Of a stretch of 64,000 nt of DNA, positions 51,610-61,340 are shown one piece after another. Position 1 is the stretch's first letter, and the number at the start of each line of letters is the position of its first letter. This DNA is from an uncultured Elusimicrobia bacterium (GTDB lineage: Bacteria; Elusimicrobiota; Elusimicrobia; 2-01-FULL-59-12). The DNA lies in the NCBI GenBank assembly GCA_963702895.1, contig OY969767.1:2560001-2624000 (forward strand), in the 5' to 3' direction. The notes under the pieces were generated by a model. It searched no databases, had not been told where the DNA came from, and was given only the letters and a program-made list of their open reading frames with translations. A program made the translations under genes and the position numbers.

Positions 51610-52470
51610 TTAATCGCGCCGTATTGTAGACGTTGGCGTACGGGTTGTCAAATCTGTTTCTCGACGGAAAATGGACCAAGGAACAGCCAATCGCGCGTAA
51701 TCCGCAAGGCCAATGGTTTCAGCGCGCAGACTTGGACGGATGCCGTGCAGAGCCAGCCATTTTTCAACTTCGGCGCGCTGGCAGCCGCAATGAAAAGCGA
51801 GGCTGTTGGCAATCGTTTTACGGCGGTGCGCGAACGCCCCATGGGCAAGATCAAAAAAGGCGGCCACGCCTTCATGGCCTATCAGAGGTTTTGTTTTTCG
51901 GCGCAGGCGAATGACGCTGGAGCTAACCCGCGGCGGCGGCAGGAACGCTCCAGGTTTCACCGCACAGACCATTTCCGTGTCCGCGAAGAGCTGGACCGCC
52001 AGGGTCAGGATCCCATAGTCGCGCGATCCTTCCCGGGCAACGATGCGTTCCGCGACTTCGCGCTGGATGAGAAACACGCCGATCTGCCACCCTGGCCAAG
52101 CCATAATCTTTTCAAAGATGGGAGACGTGATGGAATACGGCAGGTTCCCCAGGACCTTCAGCGGCCTCCCCGGCGCGTGAGGCAGAGCAGGATCTTGTGC
52201 CAGGACGGCCAGGTCCACCTTCAAGATATCGGCGTGAATAATTTGGACCCCAGGAGTGCCTTCCAGCCGTTTTTGCAGGCCTGACGCGAGCGCCTCATCA
52301 AGCTCTACAGCGATCAGGCGGCCTACGCGCTCAGAAAGAGGGAGGGTGAGGACCCCTTTGCCAGGGCCGATTTCCAGCGCGGCGTCTTCTCTCGAAAGTT
52401 CAGCCGCCGCCAGGATGCTGTTCACCACCTTGGGGTCGCGAAGGAAATGCTGGCCGAGCCGTTGTCTCAC
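51610..52470 (-). CDS. rsmA: 16S rRNA dimethyladenosine transferase
   Basis: LGQHFL, LEIGPGKG, GNLPYSIT, QREVAER, RRKT. Confidence 0.97.
   Translation of the reverse strand: MRQRLGQHFLRDPKVVNSILAAAELSREDAALEIGPGKGVLTLPLSERVGRLIAVELDEALASGLQKRLEGTPGVQIIHADILKVDLAVLAQDPALPHAPGRPLKVLGNLPYSITSPIFEKIMAWPGWQIGVFLIQREVAERIVAREGSRDYGILTLAVQLFADTEMVCAVKPGAFLPPPRVSSSVIRLRRKTKPLIGHEGVAAFFDLAHGAFAHRRKTIANSLAFHCGCQRAEVEKWLALHGIRPSLRAETIGLADYARLAVPWSIFRRETDLTTRTPTSTIRRD
51623..51651 (-). promoter_or_regulatory. Sigma70 promoter for dnaA inside the rsmA 3' end
   Basis: TTGACA (51646-51651), 17-bp spacer, TACAAT (51623-51628). Confidence 0.85.
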
Positions 52471-53354
52471 AACACCAGGGGCATGCGACTCGTGCCTTTG
52501 GAGTATTGAGCGGCGAGCAGGATCGCCTCGACCATCGGGCGGGCATCTGCTTTGCCTTTCCCGGCGATATCGTAGGCGGTGCCGTGACCTGGAGAAGTCC
52601 TTATAAAGGGAAGACCAAGCGTCACATTGACCAAGCTCTCAGCCGCGTAAAGTTTGAGCGGAATCATGCCCTGGTCGTGATAGGCGGCCAGCGCCATGTC
52701 ATAGCGCCCCTGCGCCATGCGAACAAAGGCCGTATCCGATGGGACAGGACCCGCGACAGGGATCCCTTTTCTCTTCAGCAGCACCATGGCCGGTCTATAC
52801 AACGAGCGCTCTTCTTTGCCCAGGATCCCGCCGTCTCCCGCGTGCGGGTTCACGCCGCAAGCGACCAGGCGCGGCCGATCGATCGCGGCATGGGCCCTCA
52901 GAAAGCGATAGCCTAGCTCAGCGGCACGGACAATCAGCCTGGAGCTCAAATTCCTTGAGACCTCTCGGAGCGGGAGGTGTCGGGTGAGGAGGATGGCGCG
53001 CATCTTTTTCGAGACCATCAGCATGGCATAGTCTCGGGAGCCACTTTCCTGGGCCAGCCATTCCGTGTGCCCCGGGAAGCCATGTCCAGCTAATTGAAAG
53101 GCCTCTTTGGAAACAGGAGCGGTGACGAGGGCCCTGGCTTGACCGCTTCTCACAAGATCCAATCCACGGCGAAGGGCCTCCAGGGCGACTCGCCCGCCTT
53201 CGCGTGACGGACGCCCCATTTTGACGCGAATGGAGCGTCCCAGGATAACAGGGATGCAAAGGCGGTGAACCCGTGGATCACGCAGAGCCTTGGCGATGAT
53301 CTCAGGTCCAATTCCGGCAGGGTCTCCCAGCGTGATGGCGATGGTGGGCTTCAT
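52467..53354 (-). CDS. pdxA: 4-hydroxythreonine-4-phosphate dehydrogenase
   Basis: GDPAGIGPE, GHTE, NPHAGD, YHDQG, RTSPGHGTA. Confidence 0.96.
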   Translation of the reverse strand: MKPTIAITLGDPAGIGPEIIAKALRDPRVHRLCIPVILGRSIRVKMGRPSREGGRVALEALRRGLDLVRSGQARALVTAPVSKEAFQLAGHGFPGHTEWLAQESGSRDYAMLMVSKKMRAILLTRHLPLREVSRNLSSRLIVRAAELGYRFLRAHAAIDRPRLVACGVNPHAGDGGILGKEERSLYRPAMVLLKRKGIPVAGPVPSDTAFVRMAQGRYDMALAAYHDQGMIPLKLYAAESLVNVTLGLPFIRTSPGHGTAYDIAGKGKADARPMVEAILLAAQYSKGTSRMPLVL

Positions 53355-53365
53355 GAAAGATGGGT

Positions 53366-53447
53366 GTGATTAAGTAATGAAGTGATTGGGCGATTCAGAG
53401 GAGAGGTCCCATCCCCTAATCACGAAATCACCCAATCGCCGAATAAC
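53366..53447. repeat. Octamer tandem-repeat hairpin, intergenic
   Basis: GTGATTAA GTAATGAA GTGATTGG GCGATT...AATCACGA AATCACCC AATCGCCG AATAAC. Confidence 0.82.
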
Positions 53448-53450
53448 GTC

Positions 53451-54506
53451 CTAGTCGAAGCTGTTGATTTTAATGTCGGCTTTGGAGCGTAGTTCCTTGA
53501 CATAGGACTCAAAGCGCTTAGCGCCGCGCTGCTGGAAGAGATACTCACGCAAATCATCTTTGACGTCCTCCAGCGACATCTTGGTAGCGGCCTTTTTCTC
53601 CTGGACTTGAATGATGTGATAGCCAAAGTCCGTGGCGACGATATCCGACACTTGGCCCACCTCCAGGGCAAAGGCGGCCTTGTCAAACGCCGGCACCATA
53701 TCACCACGAGAGAAATAGCCGAGATCGCCGCCACGCTGCTTGGATCCAGGATCCTCGGAGTATTTCTTGGCCAGATCAGCAAAATCCTCGCCTTTTTTGA
53801 GACGCGACTGGACATCCTTGATTTTCTTGATGGCCTCTTCCTTTTCTGCCGTAGAGGCACCGGGGGGCACACGAATGAGGACGTGGCGCGCGCGCGCCCT
53901 CTCCGTAAAGCGGCGCTCCATGGCCTTGGCGAGCTGTTTGAGCTCCTCAATTTCGCTTGGCGTATGATTGCCGGGGATGGGCTTGTCCTTCAGGATAGCG
54001 ACGAGCGTCTCATAGAGGGACGTGATTTCTTCTTCAGAAGGAGGCGTGACCTTCGCTTTGACTTCTTGGTCAATGAGCTTGATCGTCGCCAGCTGTTCCT
54101 GGAGATGCTTGCGGAACTCTTCGTTCGTCATCCCCTCTTTTTCGAGCTCTTTATTGAATTCCTGTTCTGTGGCAAAGCGCCCACGGACCTTTTTCACGCC
54201 ATCATCCACCTCGAGTTGGCTCACCCGGATGCCCTTCTTTTTGGATTCCTCCACCAGCAGGCGGTCATCGATCATCTGATCAAGAATCCGCTTTTTGATG
54301 TCGGCAATGCGCTCCGGCGTCTGTTCGGCCGGGGGGGTGCCTTTCTTGAACTGCTCAAGGATTGGAGCGGCGTTCTTCTCAAATTCGGAGAGCATGATGC
54401 CTTGGGCGTTAACCGTCGCAAGCGTTCGGTCCAGGACTTTCGCCTGAGCAGGCAGGCCGCCAAAGATGAGACAAAGAAGGCTGACAGTTAGACAATTATT
54501 TTTCAT
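53451..54506 (-). CDS. surA: SurA-like parvulin peptidyl-prolyl isomerase
   Basis: Signal peptide, DRTLATVN, ARHVLI, FADLAKKYSED...GGDLG, FGYHII; upstream of pdxA-rsmA. Confidence 0.88.
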   Translation of the reverse strand: MKNNCLTVSLLCLIFGGLPAQAKVLDRTLATVNAQGIMLSEFEKNAAPILEQFKKGTPPAEQTPERIADIKKRILDQMIDDRLLVEESKKKGIRVSQLEVDDGVKKVRGRFATEQEFNKELEKEGMTNEEFRKHLQEQLATIKLIDQEVKAKVTPPSEEEITSLYETLVAILKDKPIPGNHTPSEIEELKQLAKAMERRFTERARARHVLIRVPPGASTAEKEEAIKKIKDVQSRLKKGEDFADLAKKYSEDPGSKQRGGDLGYFSRGDMVPAFDKAAFALEVGQVSDIVATDFGYHIIQVQEKKAATKMSLEDVKDDLREYLFQQRGAKRFESYVKELRSKADIKINSFD

Positions 54507-55386
54507 GACGTTTGGTTTCCTCCAGCGATAGGCGCAACATCGCCCGCTCGTCCACCTGAACCCCTAATAGCGCTTGCTGCTTGTCAACCCATGCGTCAAA
54601 CTTCGAGCGCTCCAGTTTAGCCCGAATCTCCTCCTTGACCTCCGCCAAAGGCTGAGCAGGCAGGGCTTTTTCTCCAAGCTTCTTAATGATATGAAATCCG
54701 AACTGTGTCTTGACGATCCCGGAAACCGCTCCGACCTTGAGCTTAAAAACCGCGTCTTCGAATTCCGGGACAAGGGCCCCTCGCCGGAAAGGGCTCAGTT
54801 TCCCCCCGCGCACAGCCGTGGCCGGGTCTTTGGACATTTGCTTGGCAACACGCTCAAACGACTCTTGGGCCCGCAAGCGGGCCATCGCTTTGCGCGCGTC
54901 GCCTTCCGAACTCAGGAGAATATGGCTGGCCGTGATCTCGACGGGCTTGGCATATTCATCCAAGCGCTCGTTGTAATATTTTTCCACCTCTGTGTCCGAA
55001 ACGGCCAGGTCTGTTGTTCTGAGGCGTCGCAGGACGCTATCGATCTGAAGCGTGTCCTGGTAGTCGCGTAAACGCTGCGCGGCATCTTTCTTATAGTTCG
55101 CCAAGGCCTGTCGATAAGCCGGTTCCTTGGGGATGCCCAATTTTGCCGATTCAGCGAGGAGCACTTTCTCGCGAATGAGGAGATTCAGAAATTGTCGGCG
55201 GCCGTCCGCGGTAGCGGCGTATTGCCGATAGGCAGCGGGAGCCTCATCGAGTCGAGAGCGCAAGTCATCCTCCGTTATGGGAAGAGCTCCGACCCTCGCG
55301 AGCGAAGGCTTTTCCGAACGCTGGCAGGCGCCCGAGAAAAACCCCGATACAACAAAGAAAAGGATCCAAAAGACGGCCTGATTCAT
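54496..55386 (-). CDS. PpiC-type peptidyl-prolyl isomerase lipoprotein (PrsA-like)
   Basis: SGAC lipobox-like, ASHILL, GGKL, TQFGFHII. Confidence 0.88.
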   Translation of the reverse strand: MNQAVFWILFFVVSGFFSGACQRSEKPSLARVGALPITEDDLRSRLDEAPAAYRQYAATADGRRQFLNLLIREKVLLAESAKLGIPKEPAYRQALANYKKDAAQRLRDYQDTLQIDSVLRRLRTTDLAVSDTEVEKYYNERLDEYAKPVEITASHILLSSEGDARKAMARLRAQESFERVAKQMSKDPATAVRGGKLSPFRRGALVPEFEDAVFKLKVGAVSGIVKTQFGFHIIKKLGEKALPAQPLAEVKEEIRAKLERSKFDAWVDKQQALLGVQVDERAMLRLSLEETKRHEK

Positions 55387-55647
55387 GTCCGGGACTATAT
55401 CAAATTGAGCCGTAGACGATAATAACCATTTTGCGCGCCCATGAACCCCCCCCTTCGTTGTCCAGGGCGGAGGGAGCAGCGGGAGCGGCCCGCTTTCTCA
55501 CACAGCCAGGCGTAGCTGAAGAAGCACTTGAGCGCCGGCTAAAAGGGAAAGCTCGCCCGGCTGGAGTGACCATCAGCCAATGGTCTAGAATAAGTCTTGC
55601 AAGAGCCTTGGGGATGAAGGCTCGAATTCCAGAGGTTCAAGGAGAGC

Positions 55648-56472
55648 GTGATGAGACAGTGGCTGGGGCCTTTCCTTCCGGCGGAGCATGGAGCTTGGGG
55701 TGTCTGGTTTTCTTCCCTTCTGTTAGGGGTCTTGGCTGTCGGTTTTCATATCGTGGCCACCCCGTCGATTTTACTTGCTTCGCTGGGCTTGCTTCTTCTT
55801 CGCAATCCCGTTTTGCGGTGGATGCGTTCCGGACCGTTGCGGTCCCCCGGGACCAGTCTCAGAACATTCCCTTGGGCCGGGTGGATTTTCTGTGTGACAC
55901 TCATCGGCCTGGGAGCGATTCCGCTCCTTTGGCTGCAACGCTGGTTCCTGTGCGTTCCGGCCCTGATCGCGGGGGTTGCGCTCGTGGTGGAAGCGCGATC
56001 ACGCAAATCGGACCCGCGCTCACGGATGGTCACAGAAGTGTTGAATAGCCTCGCGGTCTCTTCGGTCGCTCCGGCCACGGCCTATGCCGCCAGCGGCACA
56101 CTCGGCTGGATTGAGCTCACTCTGTGGGTTCTCTGTGCTCTTTACTTTGGCGTGACGACCCTGGATGTGCGTTGGAGAGTCTTGCGTCTTTACCAGAATC
56201 AAAGCCTGGCCCCAGCGGAACGGGTCGAGCAAGCAGGTCGGGAACGTTTCGTCGCGGCAGGCATAGGCATTGCCGTGGCACTCCTCTATGGGATATGGGC
56301 ACCGGTCTCAGGAGCGCTCTTCTTGTCCTTCGTCCCCCGGGCCCTTCGGTTCTTCCGCGCTGTCGGTCCAGGCCAAGTGCTGCCACGGGGAATCCGACGG
56401 CTGGGTTGGCAAGAAGTCATGCATTCCTTGCTCTTCGTTGTGATGAGTGCGGCCCTCATCCGCTGGTCGTAA
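55648..56472 (+). CDS. YwiC-like family membrane protein
   Basis: PAEHGAW N-terminal motif, multiple TM helices, RRLGWQE; SD AAGGAG. Confidence 0.82.
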   Translation: MMRQWLGPFLPAEHGAWGVWFSSLLLGVLAVGFHIVATPSILLASLGLLLLRNPVLRWMRSGPLRSPGTSLRTFPWAGWIFCVTLIGLGAIPLLWLQRWFLCVPALIAGVALVVEARSRKSDPRSRMVTEVLNSLAVSSVAPATAYAASGTLGWIELTLWVLCALYFGVTTLDVRWRVLRLYQNQSLAPAERVEQAGRERFVAAGIGIAVALLYGIWAPVSGALFLSFVPRALRFFRAVGPGQVLPRGIRRLGWQEVMHSLLFVVMSAALIRWS

Positions 56473-56490
56473 CCATTGTTTCCTTATGGA

Positions 56491-59400
56491 TTAGCGGAGT
56501 GATCCAAACAGGTCCCGGAGATAACGCAGTGGACCGCTGGATTCATAGGCTTGTCGTTCGAGGATCAGCGTAAAAGGAGGGCCCGGTTTAAAGCGTAAGC
56601 CGGAACGCTCCTGGGCGAGTTGCACCAGACGCGCGGGAGCAAGCGGTGTATTTTGGAGAAACCTGATCTCAAGCGAGGAAGGTTTCTGGACAATGCCATC
56701 AATACCCAGATCTCGGGCCGCCATGCGGAGCTCGGAGACTTCCAAAAGCGTTTGCGCTTCGTTCGGGAGAGAACCAAAGCGGTCTTCGAGCTCCCCTTTG
56801 ACCGCGGAAAGCGCTTCGGAGCCCATTGCGGACACCAGTTTCTTGTAGAAAAGGACGCGCAATTCTTCGCTGGGCATGTATTCCGCTGGCAAAAAGGCAT
56901 GCACGGAGAGGTCCAGGCTGGGGAATCGCACAGGCGGAGGCGCGACCTCCCCTTTGAGACGCGACATTTCTTCCTGCAGGAGTTGAGCGTAGAGATCGAG
57001 ACCCACGGCGGCAATGTGGCCATGCTGCTGCTGTCCTAAAAGGTTGCCCGCGCCACGGATCTCCATGTCGCGCACGGCCAGTCGGTAGCCGCTGCCCAGC
57101 TCCGTAAACTCCCGCAGCGCTTCAAGGCGGGCCCTCGCCTCCTGAGTGAGCGGGACCGACGGCGAATAGAACAGGTAACAGAACGCCTTTTGCCGTTCTC
57201 GTCCCACGCGGCCCCTGAGCTGATAGAGTTGGGAGAGGCCAAAGTCTTCCGCTTCCTCGACGATCAAGGTGTTCGCCGATGGGATGTCGATGCCGGACTC
57301 GATGATCGTGGTGGCCAGTAAGACCTCGTGTTTTCGGTGCGTGAACTCCCACATCACTTTTTCGATCGCGGGGCCCGCCATCTGCCCATGCACGACCCCG
57401 ATGGAGACCCCCGGGAGGAGCTGTTTGAGGAAATGCAGTCGCGTATGAAGAGACTGCACGCGGTTGTGAACGTAAAAAACCTGGCCTTTGCGTTCCAGCT
57501 CCTTTTGGATGGCCTGGAACACCACCGCATCCTCGTAGGGGCCGACATGTGTCGTAATAGGGAGGCGTCCTACAGGCGGTGACTCAATGATGGAAAGCTC
57601 CCGCATGCCGGACAAGGCAAACGAAAGCGTTCGGGGGATGGGGGTCGCCGTTAGGGTCAGGACATCCAGGCGCTCCCGCAGTTTTTTGATCTGCTCCTTA
57701 TGCTTGACGCCAAAGCGGTGCTCCTCATCGATGATCAAAAGCCCCAGATCATGAAACAGCACATCCTTTTGCAGCAGCTTATGGGTCCCCACCACAATGT
57801 CCAAGGCCCCTGAGACAAGCGCGGCGAGCGTCTCCTTTTCCTCTTTGGCGGACTGAAAGCGCGAAAGCATCCCAATACGCGCAGGGTAGTCGGCGAAGCG
57901 CTCGGTAAAGGTCCGGAAGTGCTGCTCGGCAAGGATCGTTGTCGGCACGAGCACCGCGACCTGCTTGGAGTCCGTGATCGCCTTCATGGAAGCGCGCATC
58001 GCGACTTCCGTTTTGCCGTATCCCACGTCTCCCAGGATGAGGCGATCCATCGGCTTGGTGGACTCCATATCCGCTTTGACTTCCGCAATGGCCCTCGCTT
58101 GGTCCAGGGTCTCTTCATAAAGGAAAGAGCTGGCAAATTCCTGCTCCAAGTGCGAATCCGCGGGGAAGGCATGGCCCGGCAGCGCTGCCCGCGCGGCATG
58201 AAGCTTGAGAAGGTCCCGCGCCAACTCCTGGATGCTTTCTTTGACGCGGGCTTTCACGCGTTCCCAGCTGGACGTATCGAGCGATGAGAGTCGAGGCGAA
58301 CCTCCTTCCGAACCGGAATACTTTTGGACTTGTTTAAAGTCGTACAAAGGGACATAGAGACGGTCGCCCTTCGCGTATTCAAGCTTGAGGTATTCTGCAT
58401 CGTGTCCACCGGCATGCAGGAGCTCAAGGCCGCGGTAGCGGCCAATCCCGTAATACTCATGCACCGCGTAATCGCCGGGGCGTAAGTCCTGGATTTCTCG
58501 GAGCGCTCCACCGCCTTTAAATTTCGGGAGACGCGGGCGGTGGCGATAGCGACCGAAAATCTCGGAGTTGGTCACGACGAAAAGTCTCGCGTCTTGGGCC
58601 CCGCGTCTTGCATCCGAAGACAGACTCGAGACTTTGGATTCGGGACGCGAGACAAAAAATCCAGAACGGAGCGGCCCTACGAGAAACTCCATACCCTTCG
58701 TGCCATGCGAGCCCAAGCGTTCTTCCAGAAGCTCCTGGAGGCGCTCGCTTTCGCCGGCGTTGTGGCTGAAGAAGAGGACCCTGCGATGATCCGCTACCGC
58801 TTTGCGCGCCTCTTGCGCGGCGAGTTCGATACCGGACACAAGACCCGTCGTGGACTTGAATCCCAAGTCCATTGCACCGGGAGGCGGCAGCCCGCGGTAA
58901 ATGATCGTACCGGCGAGCGGGCGAGTCGGCGAGCCGGCGCGAGGCGATTCCGTTATGTCGCCGGTCCGCCGATTCGCCGATCCGCCGTCCCGGGGATCGA
59001 TCTCGTCCCAAAACCACACCACTCCCTCCGGGACGAATTCGGCGAGATGACCGGCAGGCTTGTTTTCCTTGAACGGGAAAAGCTTTTGTGGCCCGAGGTA
59101 GACTTCAGACCGCTGAGTACCCGGGCTGAAAGTTCGGACTGATTCGAGCGTATCACCATCAAAAAGAAGCCGCCAGGGCTTCTCTATGGAGGAGGGCCAG
59201 ATATCGACCACCTCGCCACGGACGGCGATCTCCCCTTCCATTTCCACCATATCGGTCCGGGAGTAACCCCCTTGAGCGAGTCTCTCAAGGAGTTGTGTCC
59301 GCGGATAGAGTTGACCCGGGCGCAGTTCCAGCGTCAAGCCTTGGAGCTGCGTTGGTGTGTAGACCTGTTTTTCAAAAGAGCCCTGGGAACAAAGAAGAAT

Positions 59401-59712
59401 CGCATGTTTTTCTTGCGCCCATTGCCCCAGCGCCGCAATGCGTGCGGCTTCATCCAGTTCAGGCAGGTAAATGACAGGGGAGCGCTCCGTTGCCGGCAAG
59501 AGCGAATCCCAAGCTTCGATGTCCGCAGAAAGTCCCTCGGCTTCCAAGTCCTCCGTTGTGATGACGACAACGGATTGACGCAGCGCTCGGGCGAGCGTCG
59601 AAAGGAAATACCCTTTGCTTCCGGCGGGAAGGCCTGAGAGGTGGAGCGGCCCGCTTTCGCGCAGATCGGAGAGAAGGGATGGAGGGATCCAGCAAGGATC
59701 GACGGCACTCAT
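56491..59712 (-). CDS. mfd: Transcription-repair coupling factor with two repeat-derived insertions
   Basis: HEYYGIGRY CarD-like domain, GDVGYGKTEVA, DEEHRFG, ATPIPRT, QLRGRVGR, DMEIRGAGNLLG. Confidence 0.98.
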   Translation of the reverse strand: MSAVDPCWIPPSLLSDLRESGPLHLSGLPAGSKGYFLSTLARALRQSVVVITTEDLEAEGLSADIEAWDSLLPATERSPVIYLPELDEAARIAALGQWAQEKHAILLCSQGSFEKQVYTPTQLQGLTLELRPGQLYPRTQLLERLAQGGYSRTDMVEMEGEIAVRGEVVDIWPSSIEKPWRLLFDGDTLESVRTFSPGTQRSEVYLGPQKLFPFKENKPAGHLAEFVPEGVVWFWDEIDPRDGGSANRRTGDITESPRAGSPTRPLAGTIIYRGLPPPGAMDLGFKSTTGLVSGIELAAQEARKAVADHRRVLFFSHNAGESERLQELLEERLGSHGTKGMEFLVGPLRSGFFVSRPESKVSSLSSDARRGAQDARLFVVTNSEIFGRYRHRPRLPKFKGGGALREIQDLRPGDYAVHEYYGIGRYRGLELLHAGGHDAEYLKLEYAKGDRLYVPLYDFKQVQKYSGSEGGSPRLSSLDTSSWERVKARVKESIQELARDLLKLHAARAALPGHAFPADSHLEQEFASSFLYEETLDQARAIAEVKADMESTKPMDRLILGDVGYGKTEVAMRASMKAITDSKQVAVLVPTTILAEQHFRTFTERFADYPARIGMLSRFQSAKEEKETLAALVSGALDIVVGTHKLLQKDVLFHDLGLLIIDEEHRFGVKHKEQIKKLRERLDVLTLTATPIPRTLSFALSGMRELSIIESPPVGRLPITTHVGPYEDAVVFQAIQKELERKGQVFYVHNRVQSLHTRLHFLKQLLPGVSIGVVHGQMAGPAIEKVMWEFTHRKHEVLLATTIIESGIDIPSANTLIVEEAEDFGLSQLYQLRGRVGRERQKAFCYLFYSPSVPLTQEARARLEALREFTELGSGYRLAVRDMEIRGAGNLLGQQQHGHIAAVGLDLYAQLLQEEMSRLKGEVAPPPVRFPSLDLSVHAFLPAEYMPSEELRVLFYKKLVSAMGSEALSAVKGELEDRFGSLPNEAQTLLEVSELRMAARDLGIDGIVQKPSSLEIRFLQNTPLAPARLVQLAQERSGLRFKPGPPFTLILERQAYESSGPLRYLRDLFGSLR
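58584..58653. repeat. Heptamer hairpin (same family as the serS insert) in frame in mfd
   Basis: GTCTCGC GTCTTGG GCCCCGC GTCTTGC...GAGACTT TGGATTC GGGACGC GAGAC. Confidence 0.88.
58910..58987. repeat. Octamer hairpin (same family as the batD outer repeat) in frame in mfd
   Basis: CCGGCGAG CGGGCGAG TCGGCGAG CCGGCG...TCGCCGGT CCGCCGAT TCGCCGAT CCGCCG. Confidence 0.88.
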
Positions 59713-61340
59713 CGACTGAGCTTCAAAACGCGTAAATCGGCAACACGGACGCGGTCGGGACTGTCCGTGCCTGCGGCCGCAAAGATATACCGGGCAGGCT
59801 CTGGCTCCATCGGAAGACAGGAAAAGAAAGCTTCACCTTTCACATTGGTGATCGCTGTCCCTTGCCGCTCGCCAAAGCCAATGGGGCTAAAACAGCCGTA
59901 ATACACTTTCCGTTTGTCGATCGGATGACGGGACCCATCCTGAACGCGGACCACGAATTCCAACGTCCCATTTTTGGGGGTCGAGGACCGGGGTTCGACG
60001 CTGATGGATTCTTGGGGAACTCCCGCAAGAAATGAAATCTCCTTGGCGGCGAGGACCGACTCGTTTTTGTCGAACGCCTGCAGCATCACGCTCTGGCGAC
60101 TTTTCGCCAGTTTAGGAAGTTTGATAAATCCCTGGAACCAGCCGCGCCTTGAGCCGTCCAGAAGCGCCCAATCACCGTGATTGAGGCTATAGCGCACAGA
60201 CTTGACCTTCTCAGACGTGGTGACCTGGATGCTGATCGGCCCCTCAATCGGATATGAGTGGTTTGCCTTCGGCTCGATGGGAATCAAATGGTGGTACGTG
60301 GTGACGTCGCGATAAATTTGTCGGGGCACGCCGTTCATGTCCTGAGGGCTATCGGTCGGGATGCCCAAGATGCCGTTCCATTCCCAGGGTTCGTTGTCAT
60401 GAACGTCTGGATCTTTGGGGTAGTGCCAGGTATCAATCCAAGACACGAGCACACCCCCCTGCGCATGGCCTTCCACAAGAGCGCGCAGGCTCTCCAGATC
60501 TTTGAGGCTTTGATCGTATTCGCTCAGGCCTCCGTGGCCGCCGAAGGCCGTTTGGCTCGCTTCTGAGACGGCGTAGCCCCCCGTTTCCCCGATGATCAAA
60601 GGCTTGCTTTGAGCTGCGCTGTCCGCAAACCAGCGCGTCATGCCCGCCATCCCCATCGCCTGCACAAGCGACTTTGGCCAAAAGCCGAATAGGTTCATCG
60701 TGACAAAATCGAAATGCTGGTGGTCCATGAAAGCCAGCGGCGGCCAGCTGTCCATCGAGACAGGGCGCGGGTCGATCTCTTGGACCGCGCGCTTGAGACG
60801 CCGGAAAAATTGCTCGGTCTCCCCCACCCCTGTTTCAAGAACAGCTTGCGGCGCAGGCTCGGTCATAAGCAGGTAGCCCAGCACATTGTCAGCGCTCTTC
60901 GATTGCTCCGCCACCCCGCGCGCCTGCGCGATGGCGCTTTGCTGGTTGTGGGGATCGGAAAAGTCCTGTTTAGGGTCTAGCCAAACCCCTTGCAGCACCA
61001 TCAGACCATGGGCTTTGGCGAGCGAGAGCTCATCCGGTCCTAGGGCATCCCAGGTCCGCACGACATTGAAGTGGGCTTTCTTGATACGCTCGAAATCCAT
61101 TTTCGTGTAACGGTAATTGGTGTCGGTGTAGGACACGCCCGGACGCTGATGCGGTCGCCAGGGCGCATAGCCCACGCCTCGCACGAAGAAGGGCTCGCCG
61201 TCAACATAAAACCGGCCCTCACGGATTTCAACGCGACTTGATCCGAGCACGAGCGAAGAGTGAAGGGCGAAGAGGAATAGGAGCAGAACCCAACGAGCGC
61301 CCTTCGCCCTTCTCCCTTCTGCTGAAATGCGTCTGTTCAT
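59709..61340 (-). CDS. Secreted glycoside hydrolase-like protein (GH2-type TIM barrel plus Ig-like domains)
   Basis: FYVDGEPFFVRGVGY, FNVVRTW, MTEP, IIGETGG. Confidence 0.75.
   Translation of the reverse strand: MNRRISAEGRRAKGARWVLLLFLFALHSSLVLGSSRVEIREGRFYVDGEPFFVRGVGYAPWRPHQRPGVSYTDTNYRYTKMDFERIKKAHFNVVRTWDALGPDELSLAKAHGLMVLQGVWLDPKQDFSDPHNQQSAIAQARGVAEQSKSADNVLGYLLMTEPAPQAVLETGVGETEQFFRRLKRAVQEIDPRPVSMDSWPPLAFMDHQHFDFVTMNLFGFWPKSLVQAMGMAGMTRWFADSAAQSKPLIIGETGGYAVSEASQTAFGGHGGLSEYDQSLKDLESLRALVEGHAQGGVLVSWIDTWHYPKDPDVHDNEPWEWNGILGIPTDSPQDMNGVPRQIYRDVTTYHHLIPIEPKANHSYPIEGPISIQVTTSEKVKSVRYSLNHGDWALLDGSRRGWFQGFIKLPKLAKSRQSVMLQAFDKNESVLAAKEISFLAGVPQESISVEPRSSTPKNGTLEFVVRVQDGSRHPIDKRKVYYGCFSPIGFGERQGTAITNVKGEAFFSCLPMEPEPARYIFAAAGTDSPDRVRVADLRVLKLSR
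61245..61323. repeat. Heptamer hairpin forming the signal-peptide region of the GH2-like gene
   Basis: Coding strand GGGAGAA GGGCGAA GGGCG...TTCGCCC TTCACTC TTCGCTC. Confidence 0.82.

Noticed and set aside
55500..55640. Riboswitch upstream of the YwiC-like gene
   Set aside because: Hairpins and a GGGAA are present but I could not match the conserved core of any known class by eye; an Rfam scan would decide.
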